Source: Macrostomum lignano (lineage: Eukaryota). From it: 64,000 nucleotides of DNA. The notes beneath the pieces are model-generated. The model was not told the origin of the DNA, made no database searches, and saw only the letters and a list, made by a program, of their open reading frames with translations. Shown piece after piece: positions 22,901 through 52,944 of the stretch. The translations under genes and the position numbers were made by a program. The stretch spans positions 47,013 through 111,012 of the forward strand of contig NIVC01003212.1 of the NCBI GenBank assembly GCA_002269645.1. Direction: 5' to 3'. How positions within the stretch are numbered: position 1 is the first letter of the stretch; every line of letters starts with the position of its first letter.

Positions 22901-24059
22901 GGGGGGAGTTGGCTGAAATTCGGCTTTCGAATTGTACTATCTGGTATACGGCGTAAACATGGACAGTTACAGTACAAGGACACTGAACACAATTTTCTTC
23001 GAAATGAGCCGGAGGCCAGCGCTGAATGGGTTTTGCCATTGTAAAATCCTATTTCTCGAGAGGCAAAATCATACACTGTAGTCTCCAGTGCATTTCTTAG
23101 AAAATCCGAGCATTCTCCTAGCGCCTTTCTTACCTCAGTTGTCGATGCACATTTTTATCTTAATTATTGGCAACTTACCACATCGATGAGTTGGGCGAGT
23201 TTCAATCCGAGATAGACTGTGAGAGTTTTTGAGCTGTAGTTCACTGGCCGAATCAGCCGATTGTATTCGGTTTCATTCATTAGCATTTTGTACAGGCGGC
23301 TGGCCTCGCGATAGCCCGAGACTGTGCTTGGCGCTGTACAGTTTTGAATTGAAATTTGGTTTCCCAGTTAAAATTTGGGGTGGGCGTCACATTGGAGTAG
23401 AGAAATCTGGGGTGGATGTTGCACTGGGGTAGAGAAATCTGGGGTGGGTGTTGCAGTGGGGCAGAGAAATCTGGGGTGGGTGTTGCAGTGGGGCAGAGAA
23501 ATCTGGGGTGGGTGTTGCAGTGGGGCAGAGAAATCTGGGGTGTATGTTGCAGTGGGGCAGAGAAATCTGGGGTGGGTGTTGCAGTGGGGCAGAGAAATCT
23601 GGGGTGTATGTTGCAGTGGGGCAGAGAAATCTGGGGTGGGTGTTGCAGTGGGGTAGAGAAATCTGGGGTGGATGTTGCACTGGGGTAGAGAAATCTGGGG
23701 TGGGTGTTGCAGTGGGGCAGAGAAATCTGGGGTGGGTGTCACGTTGAGATAAAAGTTTTCTTTTTACAATATATTCGTTGAGAGATTGGTAAAAAAGTCT
23801 TTTAAAAAACTGAAAAATGAAGACAGATCGTAATTAAAGCCAAAATTCGTACTCTGCAAACAGCTATGCAATGCACGCCAACATGCATATAGTTATTAAT
23901 TCACAGAGTGAACACGATGACATCTGCCATGAGTTATTTCACGACCATTAGCTTTCATCGGAGTTTTTCTGCTTTACCTTGCAGCAGCAGCAGCAGCAGT
24001 GGCAGCAGAAGACAGCTGCCTGACCCTGCCGCGGGGAGAAGAGCAGACCGATTGGGCAT
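13993..24059 (-). CDS. Nicotinic acetylcholine receptor alpha-type subunit, cation-selective, ~599 aa; exons (5' to 3') 24059-23978, 23333-23179, 21492-21448, 21368-21259, 20473-20292, 20216-20040, 19161-18740, 17377-16973, 14295-14217, 14135-13993
   Basis: All junctions are GT-AG and phase-consistent (1800 nt). Signal peptide; YNRLIRPV; [15 protein letters not shown]; [13 protein letters not shown]; Cys-loop [15 protein letters not shown]; loop B KFGSWTYD; vicinal cysteines YPCC (alpha subunit); M1-M3 with [23 protein letters not shown]; M4 [25 protein letters not shown]. Confidence 0.95.
14390..14600. repeat. Degenerate ~31-bp CACCCACCTCACTCCCTGG repeat in a nAChR intron
   Basis: About 6 degenerate copies. 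Confidence 0.75.
14650..16870 (+). mobile_element. 2221-bp solo-LTR-like insertion (TG..CA ends, 4-bp TSD)
   Basis: Termini TGATGTAACC (14650) and GGTTACATCA (16870) form a perfect 10-bp inverted repeat. CACT flanks both sides (14646-14649 and 16871-16874). It contains an internal Pol II promoter and no recognisable gag/pol sequence. Confidence 0.8.
15498..15588 (+). promoter_or_regulatory. AP-1 / CRE / CCAAT / TATA promoter module inside the LTR-like element
   Basis: TGACTCA at 15498, TGACGTCA at 15508, AGCCAATCAG with CCAAT at 15528 and TATAAAA at 15582. Two more TGACTCA sites at 15075 and 15086, and a donor G|GTAAGT at 15923. Confidence 0.7.
17690..18000. repeat. 20-bp minisatellite (TTATACACCCACCTCACTCC) in a nAChR intron
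   Basis: About 15 copies. Confidence 0.92.
19188..20027. repeat. 7-bp GATCTGG/GATCTGA satellite filling a nAChR intron
   Basis: Occupies almost all of intron 19162..20039 and shows higher-order blocks. Confidence 0.95.
20605..21195. repeat. ~50-bp minisatellite (AAAGCACCCACCTCACGCCCTGGCTTTTCAGGACCCTCACTCT..) in a nAChR intron
   Basis: About 11 copies. Confidence 0.92.
21590..22072. repeat. 17-bp minisatellite (CTAGTTATCTAATCTCA) in a nAChR intron
   Basis: About 27 copies. Confidence 0.95.
23375..23745. repeat. 32-bp minisatellite (GCAGTGGGGCAGAGAAATCTGGGGTGGGTGTT) in nAChR intron 1
   Basis: About 11 copies. Confidence 0.95.
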
Positions 24060-24989
24060 CCTCCAAGGTTTTTTCCCACAGTTTGTCTTGCGTTTCCTGA
24101 CTCTGCAATCTTTAGCCGGGGGGGGGGGCTGACCTGGGGAAGGTGTGAAAAAAGTGATGAAGTTTTCTCTGGGCGGGATATGTTTGCACTGGCACATTGC
24201 AGGGCATTCCCTAGCAGACTAATTTATACATCATTTTTTCATCATTAGCTAATGCAAAACATTTACAGCCCAGTCTACATTTAGAAATTCTGTTTTGCCT
24301 GCTCGGCAGAATTTTGGAACTGGCCAAGCAGCTACAGTTATTGTATATTGTCTATCAGCTTGGAACTGTTCCGCTTTGGAAGTCCTTCCACCTGGATAAG
24401 AAATATTTAGTTATTTTGGACTCGAACCCGGGACTCTGAGCAGTTCCGCCTGGCTCCTATTTCTAGGGCAGGATATTGATAAGCAGGTGCATGTACTAGG
24501 AATAACTTTGATTCACACTTACCTCTGAATCGAAAGTTGATGAGGCTTAGAAGCTGACTCACTACTCTGGTGTAGCACTGATGTGCGGTGAATTTGGGCA
24601 ATTTCTAGTCTCAGAGGGGGCCTCTCTGATTGGTCAGGATCTGCATCAGCGGCTCAGCCCCTCAGTCTCCAACCAAGTTTGACAAAAAAGTCCATCTAGC
24701 AACTTGAGATACAATACGCTTCATCAGTTGTGCTCAGAACCCCCCCCCCCGCATTTCAAATTCTGCCACTTAATGAAATGAAGATTTTCAAGTTGGCTGA
24801 CGAATTGGACTTTGAAATGTGCACTTTCCGCTGCTAAACCCAATTGAACCATAATCAGTCACAAAAAACAATCACAAAAGTGCTGCGCTTGTACTTCTAT
24901 CGTCTCTCTTTCCTTCCATTCAAGAACTCACTCCAGACCCTCCGAATTTATCTTTTAAAACCGTTGCTTTATTCTCATTGCTTTATCAA

Positions 24990-25429
24990 CAGGGACTTTA
25001 GCACAAGGGGCTTTAGCACCAGTGGCTTTAGCACCAGTGGCTTTAGCACCAGTGGCTTTAGCATCAGGGGCTTTAGCACCAGAGGCTTTAGCACCAGAGG
25101 CTTTAGCACCAGGGCTTTAGCACCAGGGGCTTTAGCACAAGGAGCTTTAGCACCAGGGGCTTTAGCACCATAGGCTTTAGCACAAGGGGCTTTAGCACCA
25201 GGGGCTTTAGCACCAGAGGCTTTAGCACCAGGGGCTTTAGCACCAGAGGCTTTAGCACAAGGGGCTTTAGTACTAGATGCTTTAGCCTGGTGCTTTCGCC
25301 CTTGGGGCGCCAGCACCAGGGGCGCCAGCACCAGGGGCGCCAGAGTTTTTTCTGGCTCCTCGGCCCCGTGTCATTTCCATAATAATTATTGCTACCCCAG
25401 CCCACGCGGTTCCTCTGGCTACGCCACTG
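24990..25429. repeat. 15-bp GGGGCTTTAGCACCA minisatellite ending near a single TIR-like terminus
   Basis: About 20 copies from 24990 to 25350. GGCTACGCCACTG (25417-25429) resembles a CAGTGGCGTAGCC MITE end. The partner end was not found. Confidence 0.85.
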
Positions 25430-26870
25430 GGTTTTGCACATTTAAAAAATTCTATTTTTAGAAAACACTATGTACTTTGCTTGTTTTCAGTCTCTGATCC
25501 AATCATATTTTGTCTAATTGCCAATTTTTTTACTAAAAATACTGATAAAAATCATTCTGTGGCCTTTCTTTTAATTTTCAAGCAACGTTGAACCTTGAAA
25601 TCAACTTAAATAATCTTGACGTATTTGTCGAAATAATTTTTTTAATTTGACATTCAGACACGCTACTTTCAGTAGGATGTTATGCAACTGAGATCGCATT
25701 ATCTATTTTTAAACAAGGTTTCTAAGAGAACTATAAATTGATTTCACTCTTCGGCGAACAAAGTAATGAATTACCTAATTCGAAAATACCAACTTGTTCA
25801 GATAAAACTTAGTTTAACTACTCTCTACATGCAACATTCTGAAACAACCGTTCTCCAATGCAAGGCCCGCAACTACGAAGAAATTCTGAGTTTTGAATTT
25901 TTTCTCTCAATAATTCTACAAGCGGATTCCACAGTTTCAGCGGGGCGCCCGCTTTCAAGTTGAGCACACCAGCTCAGGTTATTAAATTCCAGCACTCGAT
26001 GTTGTTGGAGCAACAGACATGCTGGAGTCGTTAAGTAGCAAATATTTGAGAATAGAAACTGCAAGGCGAAAGATAAAGAGAGAGAGAGAGAGAGAGACTT
26101 TGTCTCACAACCAAATAGAAGTAAAACTTCTGTGTCTTTAATTTCTTTCGGGTTGTAATTTCATTCAACCTGTTTGCCAGTCTATAGCTCGTTTGCATTG
26201 CCTGCTCTGCTTGTCAGCAAATATGGCTGCGGTAGCTCGTACGGTGGCAGAACGGGAGGGCGCGAGAGCGGCGCGTTCTCAGCGCTTCTATCAGCCTCCG
26301 TGTGTGTCTGTGTGTGAGCAGCGAGTTTAATAGTTTGCCATTTTTAGCGAGCGCCTCTTGCACCGTAGCGGTGCGCAACATGAGCTGAGAAATGGACAGG
26401 GGGTGAGAGGCACATGAAAGATGAAAGACAGGAGAGACAGGAAGAGTGCAACAGGTGACGGGGTGCTGGGCCGGTGTTGACCGGTCTGTCGCCCCTAGTT
26501 ACTAAAGACGCCGAACTAAGCCCGGCTTCATCACCGTCTTTAACAAAGAAAAGAAATTGAAATGAAGTTGATGGAGAAGTTTTTTTATAAGAAGCTCATT
26601 TTCTCTCTTGAGATGGATGATATTTAATTGAGATTGAAAGGCAGATGGAGACGGGAGTTTGAGGGGCAGCTTGGTGACGGCTATCACACTGCGGCAGCCA
26701 ATCGCTCTCTTACCTAGGGGGGGGGGGGCTCCGGCGCAGCTGGGTGCGAGGGGAGGTCGGGTTCTATTAACAGAGCGCAAGACTGACCGGCACAGGCACC
26801 TGAGACTTTGAGCACACTGCTCACTCAAAGATAGGTCTGGTTAGCAGAGGCTTCGGAGAACTGCTGTGAG

Positions 26871-44472
<17,602 letters not shown>

Positions 44473-45811
44473 AATCTTGATTGAAGCAGCTGACACAGCG
44501 ATCGGATCGTGCATGTAGAAGAGACATTTACTACTGATTGACATGTTTAACGATTATTTTTTTTACAAAGAATTTATTATGTCGAACCAACTATTGCAGT
44601 AGACAAAAGCAGACTCTATTTTGCTGTTCAGATGAATGAGACTGATAAATTTAATTTCTTTTCTTTCCTATATTTTCTTCGAAATTTTTATTAAACATGT
44701 ATGCGTGCGGCTTATGAATAGAGTTGCCTCAAAAGTTACGAGCTATATATTGCCTAAAATTTTATTTTTCTTTTGAGATCGATCCCACTGATTGTAAAAT
44801 ATTGATGCACATGGTTTATTTTGCTCTCGGGCACGAAGTACGATTAAATTTGAAAATTGAAAGCTAAAAGCACAATTAACAATTTTTATACATTTTATAC
44901 ATTTATACAAATTGTTGGTCTCATCGAAAAAAGCTTTATTTCTCATTCTCTCAGAGCAATATAGAACGCAGATCATCCACTAAACTAATAGATAAATGTA
45001 CATTAATCTATGTATTTGTATATATATAACCTTTACATTGAATGTATTTTGTAACTTCGTACATGCATGTATTAAAACTTCCATGTAGCTGAGAACATAT
45101 TTAAGTTTTCAGTAAGATAGGGCAACGATATACCAGGAGAAATTTGGTTACACACGCACATATTCAATGAGCGTCATAAATACAATGATATTTGACACTT
45201 TCATGCATATTATCTTGCCGCGTTACATGTAGTATGATATTAGTTTTACTATAGTTGATTTGGCAAGTAGACTTTATGAGTAATTGTTAAAAAACCTACA
45301 CAGCACCATCAGATGCTGCTATGCTGCTGACGCCAACTTTTTGACGCATATAAGCTCCTAAAGTCCGACTAAGTCAAATCGAATGCTCTAGTTCTCCGAT
45401 TTTGTAGTTGGTTGAAATTTCAACCGGTTTAAACAGGATTAAACCAGTTGTAATCTTTTCCGGAGTGTAGGCCATGTGCATATTTTTGAATTAAAGGTAA
45501 AACAAAGGCTTTGCATTATTTCTGAGAATATTGATATAAAATTAACAAAAAACCTTAAAAAGTCAAATAAATGTTTTACTGAATTTTTAAATTCAAAATT
45601 GCTTTGCAATAGTTCTTCTTTGATGTGTACCATGATTCCCCTCAACATGGAATTAAGAAAAGGTATAAAATTGAATGACTTGATTTTGAATGGGGCTGTC
45701 TCTCGCAACGTGACTTAGGTCATTATTGAAGTATTATTGTATTCGCTTGTACTGCTTTATCTGTAATATATTATTATATTTTATTATTGCCAAAGCCTGA
45801 TTTAAATTTCA

Positions 45812-48800
45812 ATGGCGAACGGAGAAGGTCTTAAAACATTTCTTTTCACATCCGAATCTGTGGGCGAAGGACATCCTGGTAAGCTCTGATAAATTAAAAA
45901 TGAAACAAGGCATAAAATACCATTTTATCTGTACTGTAGGCCTATTGCAATTTATTGACTTCAAGCCGTCAAATAATGGTATTCTAGAATATTTCTTAAA
46001 ACATTAGCCTCTAAGCCTAGGCTATGTCTCTTTTTATCTACATTTGACTGACCTCTATCCTTGATGTACATTAGTTAATCACTAAGGCTTTTAATGAGTT
46101 TTTATTTTATTTATTTCTAGACCCTTCTAGGCCTACTATTAGACTAATTCCTCTATCTTGACATTTTCAGCTGAATTTTTTGAATCTAAAAAGATTTTGT
46201 TTAGGCCCTAGTTTAAAAATTATGATATCAATATTTTTTTCAATTTTAATGGAATTTAACTTTAAGTTTAAGATAGGAGAACCCATGGCCATAGTCAAGT
46301 CAAAATAGTCAAAATAGTCAAAATATGGCTTTTTTTCATTGAAAATTCAGGGTAAATTTACCCTGGGGCAGAGCAAAGTAGGGCAAGTAGAGCTAGGTCA
46401 GGGACAAAGTCTAATAGATAGTAGCAAAATGGTTAACTGGCATACTAAAGCCAAGCTCCATAGTCTAGATCATGGCAGGTGTATGCCAGAATGAAATTTA
46501 TGTTTTTAATTTTTATGCCGACATAAAATTAAAAAAAAATTAAGTGAGAGCTAAAATTGTTTATATGCCATTTTTTAAAGAATATATATTTTTAAGAATT
46601 TAAGACTTTACTAAACTTTAAAATGGCTATTTTTGCTAAAAACTGATATTCTTTGTTTTAATTTTGACTTTCTTGTGATTGCTTATTATTTTCTATTTTA
46701 GTTTCCAATTAGGCCTACTTTTAAGGAGCTTTCAACATTGGTTGATATTTAACTACATGATTACATTAGCCTTGAACTTGGCTATTTTTTATACGCTGAC
46801 TGTGTACACTTCATGTTGAACCTGAAAATTCTATATGCTAAATGTAGGCCAAGATTGTCAGTGAGAGCAAAAATATACTTGAAAATTCCGGCATAAATGC
46901 CACTTTCCAGACTATAGGCTGAGCTATATTGCCTATTTAATGGCTAATATGGCCATGTAGATCTAACCATCTGAATAAAACAATTAAATGATTGAATTAG
47001 ATGTACCTAAGGCTCAGGATAGAAATTAAGACTACTTCAGGGCATTAGGGCAGATTTTGAGTCTCAGGGAAGGAATCAAGGCATCAAGGCAGAAAGTTTT
47101 TTGTCTTAAATATATTTGGGACATGTATACCATAATCTTGACTATGGAGAAGAACCCTATAGGAAAAAGTTGTAAAACCGCGGACGGTGTCCGGTGCACC
47201 TTTGAAGTTTTTCTAAAGCGCAGCGCGCGCACAGGCGCAGCGCCTGCGTGCGCTGCCCTTTCTTACTGGCTGCTGCTCTAGCAAATACATATACATGGAA
47301 ATGGGTATAATACCTCTGTTGAAGGGGCTTATACACTCGTAATTTATTAAGCTTAGAGATGTTCCAAAAATTCAATTTCAATTTTCCAAAATTTGAAATT
47401 TTTTAGAGCGACTTTCAATTTCGAAATAAAATTTAAAAGTGAAAATTTTGGTAGTGTCTAAAAAGTCGCTAAAAATAAACTACTTTCTACTACATATACA
47501 TGTATTACTTTTTGCTTAAGCAGTAAATTAAAAGTAAGTAAAAGTGAGTGTTGATCATACTAAACTTTGTTTTTCTGACTTATGATTTCGGGAAATTTCA
47601 ATTTTGATTTTGGAAAGTTAGCGAATTTTGATTTTGACGAAACTGCAGATCTTTCGGTACATCTCTAATAATCCTAAAGCGCAGTAAAATAGTTTGACTC
47701 TTTTCTTAAGCGCGCGTCCGCGGGTTTTTAACATTTATTCCAATAGGGGAGAAGAACTTGGATCAATGCCATTATTTGATTAAACAGAAAGCTTAGGCCA
47801 GGTCAAGATTTTTTAGATGAGGTGAGATTAAGATTCTATTCTACTTATAGTAGAAAATATAAATTTATTCCATAAAGTGTGGCATAGTCTATTCTACTTT
47901 TTAGACCCAATGGGTTCAGCAATGCATTACTTGTACAAATTTATTATTTAATACTTTACTCTGCTTTAAATTCTAGATAAGATCTGCGACCAGGTCAGCG
48001 ATGCAGTGCTCGATGCCCATCTGAAGCAGGACCCCAATGCCAAAGTGGCCTGCGAATGCTTCACCAAGACTGGCATGATTTTGGTTGGTGGCGAGATCAC
48101 TTCTAAAGCTGTCGTTGATTATCAGCGTGTGATCCGCGGCACCATCAAAGACATTGGATATGACGACTCTAATAAGGGATTTGACTACAAGACTTGCAAT
48201 GTGCTGGTAGCACTCGAGGAGCAGAGCCCTGACATTGCCCAAGGAGTTCACGAGGCTCGATCTGAGGATGACATTGGAGCTGGCGACCAGGGCCTTATGT
48301 TTGGCTATGCCACTGACGAAACTGTGGAGTGCATGCCCCTGACTATTGTGCTAGCGCACAAGCTCAATGCACAGCTGGCCCAGTGCAGGCGCGATGGCAC
48401 CCTGCCCTGGCTCAGGCCAGACACCAAGACTCAGGTAGGATTAGGGGCTGGCTTAATTGAAAGATGCTGATATCAGGGATAATGATGGGGGGTCGTAGCC
48501 CAGTTTCCCAGCCTTGATGTGCCAGCGGCCCAGGCTCGATTCCCAGTGCCGTCCACATTAATTTGGGGCTAAATTGGAATCTCGGCTTGGGTCTGCTCGT
48601 GCAGCTGCTCTTTAGGCACTGTAAAGTCGTTCCTAACGATAAATCAGGAATCAGGGCCGCTGTACACTCCTGTGTGAGTGTGTGCCTGTGCGTATGACTG
48701 CATACTTATCCCCTGCTCAGGTGAGTCGGCGGAAGAATGGACAGTAATGCCTCTCACCGATTCTGACAATGTTAGTCTTATTGGATGTTGTCTATTCTGA

Positions 48801-49731
48801 TTTTTTATTTTCAATATAGCCTATCTACTTGACTCATAAAATCATTCCCATCGCTCGCAGGTGACAGTGGAGTACAAAGACGAGAACGGCGCCTGCGTGC
48901 CGCTTCGCATTCACACCATTGTTGTTAGCACTCAGCACGACGAGAGCGTCACCCAGGAGCAGCTGCGCAAAGACGTCATGGAGCACGTTGTTAAAGCCGT
49001 CTGCCCCAGCGACATGCTAGATGAGAATACTATTTATCACCTGAACCCGTCTGGCCGCTTCGTTATTGGCGGCCCGCAGTCGGACGCCGGCCTGACTGGC
49101 CGAAAAATCATCGTTGACACCTACGGCGGCTGGGGCGCCCACGGTGGCGGCGCATTCTCTGGCAAAGATTTCAGCAAAGTGGACAGATCTGCCGCCTATG
49201 CCGCCCGATGGGTAGCCAAGTCCCTGGTGAAATCCGGCCTGTGCCGTCGCGTATTGGTGCAGGTGAGCTACGCTATCGGTGTGAGCAAGCCGCTGGCTGT
49301 CTATCTCAACTCCTATGGCACTGGCAAGCGATCAGATGAAGAACTGCTGCACATCGTTGAGGAGAACTTCGATCTAAGGCCTGGCTGCATTGTCAGGTAG
49401 GTTCTATTGCCATTAATAATAGTATAATCAATGAAGCAATGCAGAGTTATGTGTCTTGACTTAAAACACAAATTGCTTCGACTGGGTCTAGAATCGAACC
49501 CCCGACCTTTAAGTCGTGTCCCACGCTCGAACCACAGGCCCTCGGGCCCTATGTTTGCCATCAAATTTTGTCTTATTTTATTGTACGTGTTTGTCATGTT
49601 TTACAAACAATAACAAATCATTAAACAGGGACCTGGAGCTGCGCAAGCCAATCTACCAGAAGACCTCCTGCTATGGCCACTTCGGCCGCGATGAGTTCAC
49701 CTGGGAGCAGGCTAAGCCGCTGAAGTTCTGA
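45812..49731 (+). CDS. MAT: S-adenosylmethionine synthetase (methionine adenosyltransferase), 387 aa; exons 45812-45878, 47977-48434, 48861-49396, 49629-49731
   Basis: Motifs [11 protein letters not shown]|[67 protein letters not shown] and YGHFGR. Junction phases 1, 0 and 2 are consistent (1164 nt). Confidence 0.98.
47155..47748. mobile_element. 594-bp non-autonomous TIR element with an 8-bp TSD in MAT intron 1
   Basis: Ends CCCTATAGGAAAAAGTTGTAAAACCGCGGACG and CGTCCGCGGGTTTTTAACATTTATTCCAATAGGG are imperfect inverted repeats. GAGAAGAA flanks both sides (47147-47154 and 47749-47756). Confidence 0.75.
48487..48740 (+). mobile_element. tRNA-derived SINE, family A, copy 2 (MAT intron 2)
   Basis: Colinear similarity with 1729-2030 over the head and body. 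Confidence 0.75.
49430..49550 (-). mobile_element. tRNA-derived SINE, family B, fragment (MAT intron 3)
   Basis: AAGCAATGCAGAGTTA.GTGTC and AGAATCGAACCCCC.ACCTTT.AGTC are shared with 53128-53240. Confidence 0.65.
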
Positions 49732-50659
49732 GCTCGATCTGAAGGGTAAAGATTTCATCTGTGCGACTTTGAGAACACTATATCGGTGTGTCTGTTAATA
49801 ATTTAAAAAACTCTACAATATCTACTAATAGTAACGCCGCGCACCCTTCCGTAGTGTTGTTGTTTTCATTCTGTCTCGCTTTCACTTTTGTTTGTTTTTA
49901 CTATCGCATACAGTTCTATTTTTTCATACATAATTAATCATCTTGCCGGTCTATTAACTATCGCGCGGTTTAAGTAGAAGTTAGTCCATGGTAACAGGGG
50001 CCGGTCATAACAGTTCGCTATGCTTGTACAATTCAATATTAAGATTCCAGCTAAGCACTTGTATTTGTGTTTTATAACTGTAATGAAATTCTCTGCAAAA
50101 AAGCCACATCATTGAAGTTCAATATTATTTATTTGACCTATGGAGTTCCTCCACAGCGGTTGAGTGCACTTTTGGCCAGCCGCTGCAAGCCTGTTGGCAC
50201 TTTTTTGCCAGGTTTGTGTTGTGCAGGTGACCTAATTCTAAAGCCCTAAAGCTGTCATGTGCACACCGGGAGCGGCTCTGAAGTGAATTGCTTAATAATC
50301 CTCATTAAAAATGGGCTATCGATTTTTTATAAGCTATTTAATTTGCGCAACTATACTATAATGTTTATTATTCTGTTATCTGGGCCTCCCATGCTTTCTG
50401 TGTCCGTCTGTGGTTCTCTCGTTTAAATCTTTGTGAACAACCGAAACTACGCGTTGGAATGTTTATTATTTATATTTTTTAAAACGCTTCACTTGCTCGT
50501 GTTTGACAATTTTTTTCTCTGTTGCAATGAAATTTCTGCTTTTTCCCAGGTAGGGCGAACTGTTCGCGGCTCCCGTTTTTTTCTCTGCAAAATAATAAAA
50601 ATCAAAGCCTCATCTTCAACAAAGGCACATTCAACCAATGCTTCTACTTTCGTCTATCG

Positions 50660-51193
50660 CAGGGGTTGGCAAACCTTTTAATCTCTGGGGCAGCTTGAGA
50701 ATCCAGCTCATGGCTGTGGACCAGATGAGAGAGGAAAGGAGAGGGAATAGAAGATAAGAGAGAGAGAAGAAAGGGGAGAGAGAAGAGAGGGGGGAAGAGG
50801 AGACAGAGATGAGAGGGGAGAGAGGACAGAAGGGAGAGAAGAAGAGAGGGAAGAGGGAGAGGGGCGAGAGAAGGAGAGAGGGAAAGAAAGGAGAGAGAGG
50901 GAAAGAAAGGAGAGAGAGGGAAAGAAAAGAGTGAGAGGGAAAGAAAGGGAGAGAGCTAAAGAGTCCTCAAACTCCAAAGCACCGACACAGTAACGCAGAT
51001 GTTTAAGCAAGGGGCCGATGTTTCGAATATTGTATATTCTTTCTCAGGGCTATTATGAAGAGAGGAGAGAGCGGAGAGAAAAGAGGCAAAGGAGGGGAGA
51101 GAAGAAGAGAAGGGAGATAAGAGAAAGAGCTGAGCAGAGTCATAAACCTTGAGCATGTGGCCCACCGCGGGCCCGGAGTTTGCTGACCCCCCG
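50660..51193. mobile_element. hAT-type MITE with an internal GA-rich tract
   Basis: TIRs CAGGGGTTGGCAAAC and GTTTGCTGACCCCCCG. 8-bp TSD GTCTATCG / GTCTATAG with 1 mismatch. Confidence 0.7.
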
Positions 51194-51639
51194 GTCTATA
51201 GTCAAAACAGCGTCTATTGTCTATGGCACAGGCAGAGCAGTTAAATTAAGACAGACAAGTCATGCCCGCCGTGTAAATGGAACTGGAGAGTCCAACAGAC
51301 GAAATCAATCTACCAGTATTGGCGTTCCATGGTACTGCAGGGAATCACGGAGTCATGGCGTGGATGTCATCACGGTTGCCAACAGTGCAGCAGTCTAGTT
51401 TTCTCATGTTGTTAGAGTTGAGACTTGCTTAAATAATTTAACGTTGATTTTAAATTTTGAACTCATTGTGCTTGTCGTGACAACCTGACAACGGGAATGC
51501 CCACTGCCCAGGCAGTAGTAGATTGTGATTTTGAATATAATATATACATTTATATTGCTTTGCATAGTAATCAATCATGACTGTGATACATATATATATA
51601 TTACATAATCTGTTGTATTGTAAGAGAGATCTCTCCCTC

Positions 51640-52416
51640 TCTCGACGACCGTCGAGGGCGCCCAACGACAGCTGGATAGGCTGGTTGCCGTTGCGGCGAG
51701 CGTCGGCCTGGTGGTCAACACGCAGAAGACCGTCGTGCTATGCGTGCCGGACGACACCGAGGCTGCAATCTTCTGCCGAGGCGCTGACGGACAGGCGAGT
51801 GAGCTTCCAAGATGTCAGCAGTTCGTCTACCTCGGCGGTCTGGTTCCCGACGTCCGCGAGGATCTGCGGCGTCGCCGAGGACTTTCTTGGGCTGCCTTTC
51901 GTTCTATAAGGTCAGTCCTGCAGTCCGAGGCCCTACCGGACCGCCAGAGGGCGGCGCTGTTCCAGGCGGTGATCGAGACCGTCCTGTTATACAACGCCGA
52001 GACCTGGACGCTGACAGACTCGCTCGAGGCTCAAGTCGACGCGGCGCACGCTGGCCTGCTGCGCGCCGCCTTCAAGATCGGCAACGAGCGAGTCACCAAC
52101 ACGGCGCTCTATCATCGCGCCGGCCTGGCCCGTCCTAGCGATCTGCTGCGCCGTCGGCGACTCCAGCTGGCAGGCCACGTCATCCGCGCCGAGGCCTACT
52201 GCCCGGAGCCGGTGCAGGAGGTGCTGCTACTTACGTTGCAGGCACCCTACCGGCGGGGACAGGCGAGGACTCGGCGCTACGTCGACTGTCTGCTGGCTGA
52301 CGCCGGCGCCCCGGACTCTGCCGGCGGTGCGGCTTTTGTTCGCGCCCAAGCTTTAAAGCGCGCCATCTGACGCTGCTTTTGTGATCTGGCAGCGTACTGT
52401 GTTGTTGTTGTTGTTA
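51640..52416 (+). mobile_element. 5'-truncated non-LTR retrotransposon (RTE-like) covering the RT C-terminal region
   Basis: Open frame STTVEGAQRQLDRL..VGLVVNTQKT..FVYLG..LLYNAETWTL..RRRRLQLAGHVIR to a stop at 52370, followed by a (GTT)n tail at about 52401-52415. Confidence 0.88.
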
Positions 52417-52944
52417 TATGTTATACATAATATATATGCATATATTACAATATTTATATTACGAGTTGTATACATATATTAAATTACAAGACAAACATTA
52501 CCCCTTTAGCTCCTACCATAACTGTATGCGTTTTAAAAATGTCATTCACAGCATTGTTATAGCATTATAACAATGTTATGACAAGGATGGTACTAAAAAT
52601 ATCAATCCCGGGAACTGCCTTTGAACTGTTTTTCTTACACAAGTTACACAATGCCGGATTAGAACAATTTTAATGGAGCCTTAATTAAAATTCGTGTGCA
52701 CTAGACGCTACGTTTGTTGCGAAACTACCTGGCCAGTATAGTATCAACCAATAATTATACAACTCAATAAAGTACCAAGAGCAATTACGAATTCAAATGT
52801 TGCATGGAGGCTCTGCGCAAAATGGCGCTCTATACCAATATAAGCCATTCTTGTCAGACACTGAAGTCCTTCATGTTTAAAGGCCACTGGTGATAACGTA
52901 TAGAACCTTGGTGAAACGTACTCAATGTTATTTGATGCAATTAA

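Noticed and set aside
45812-50300. METTL16-type UACAGARAA regulatory hairpin at a MAT splice acceptor or in the 3' UTR, as in vertebrate MAT2A and nematode sams genes
   Set aside because: The three acceptors read TTCTAG|AT, TCGCAG|GT and AAACAG|GG, and I did not spot the nonamer by eye. A motif and structure scan would be needed to exclude it fully.
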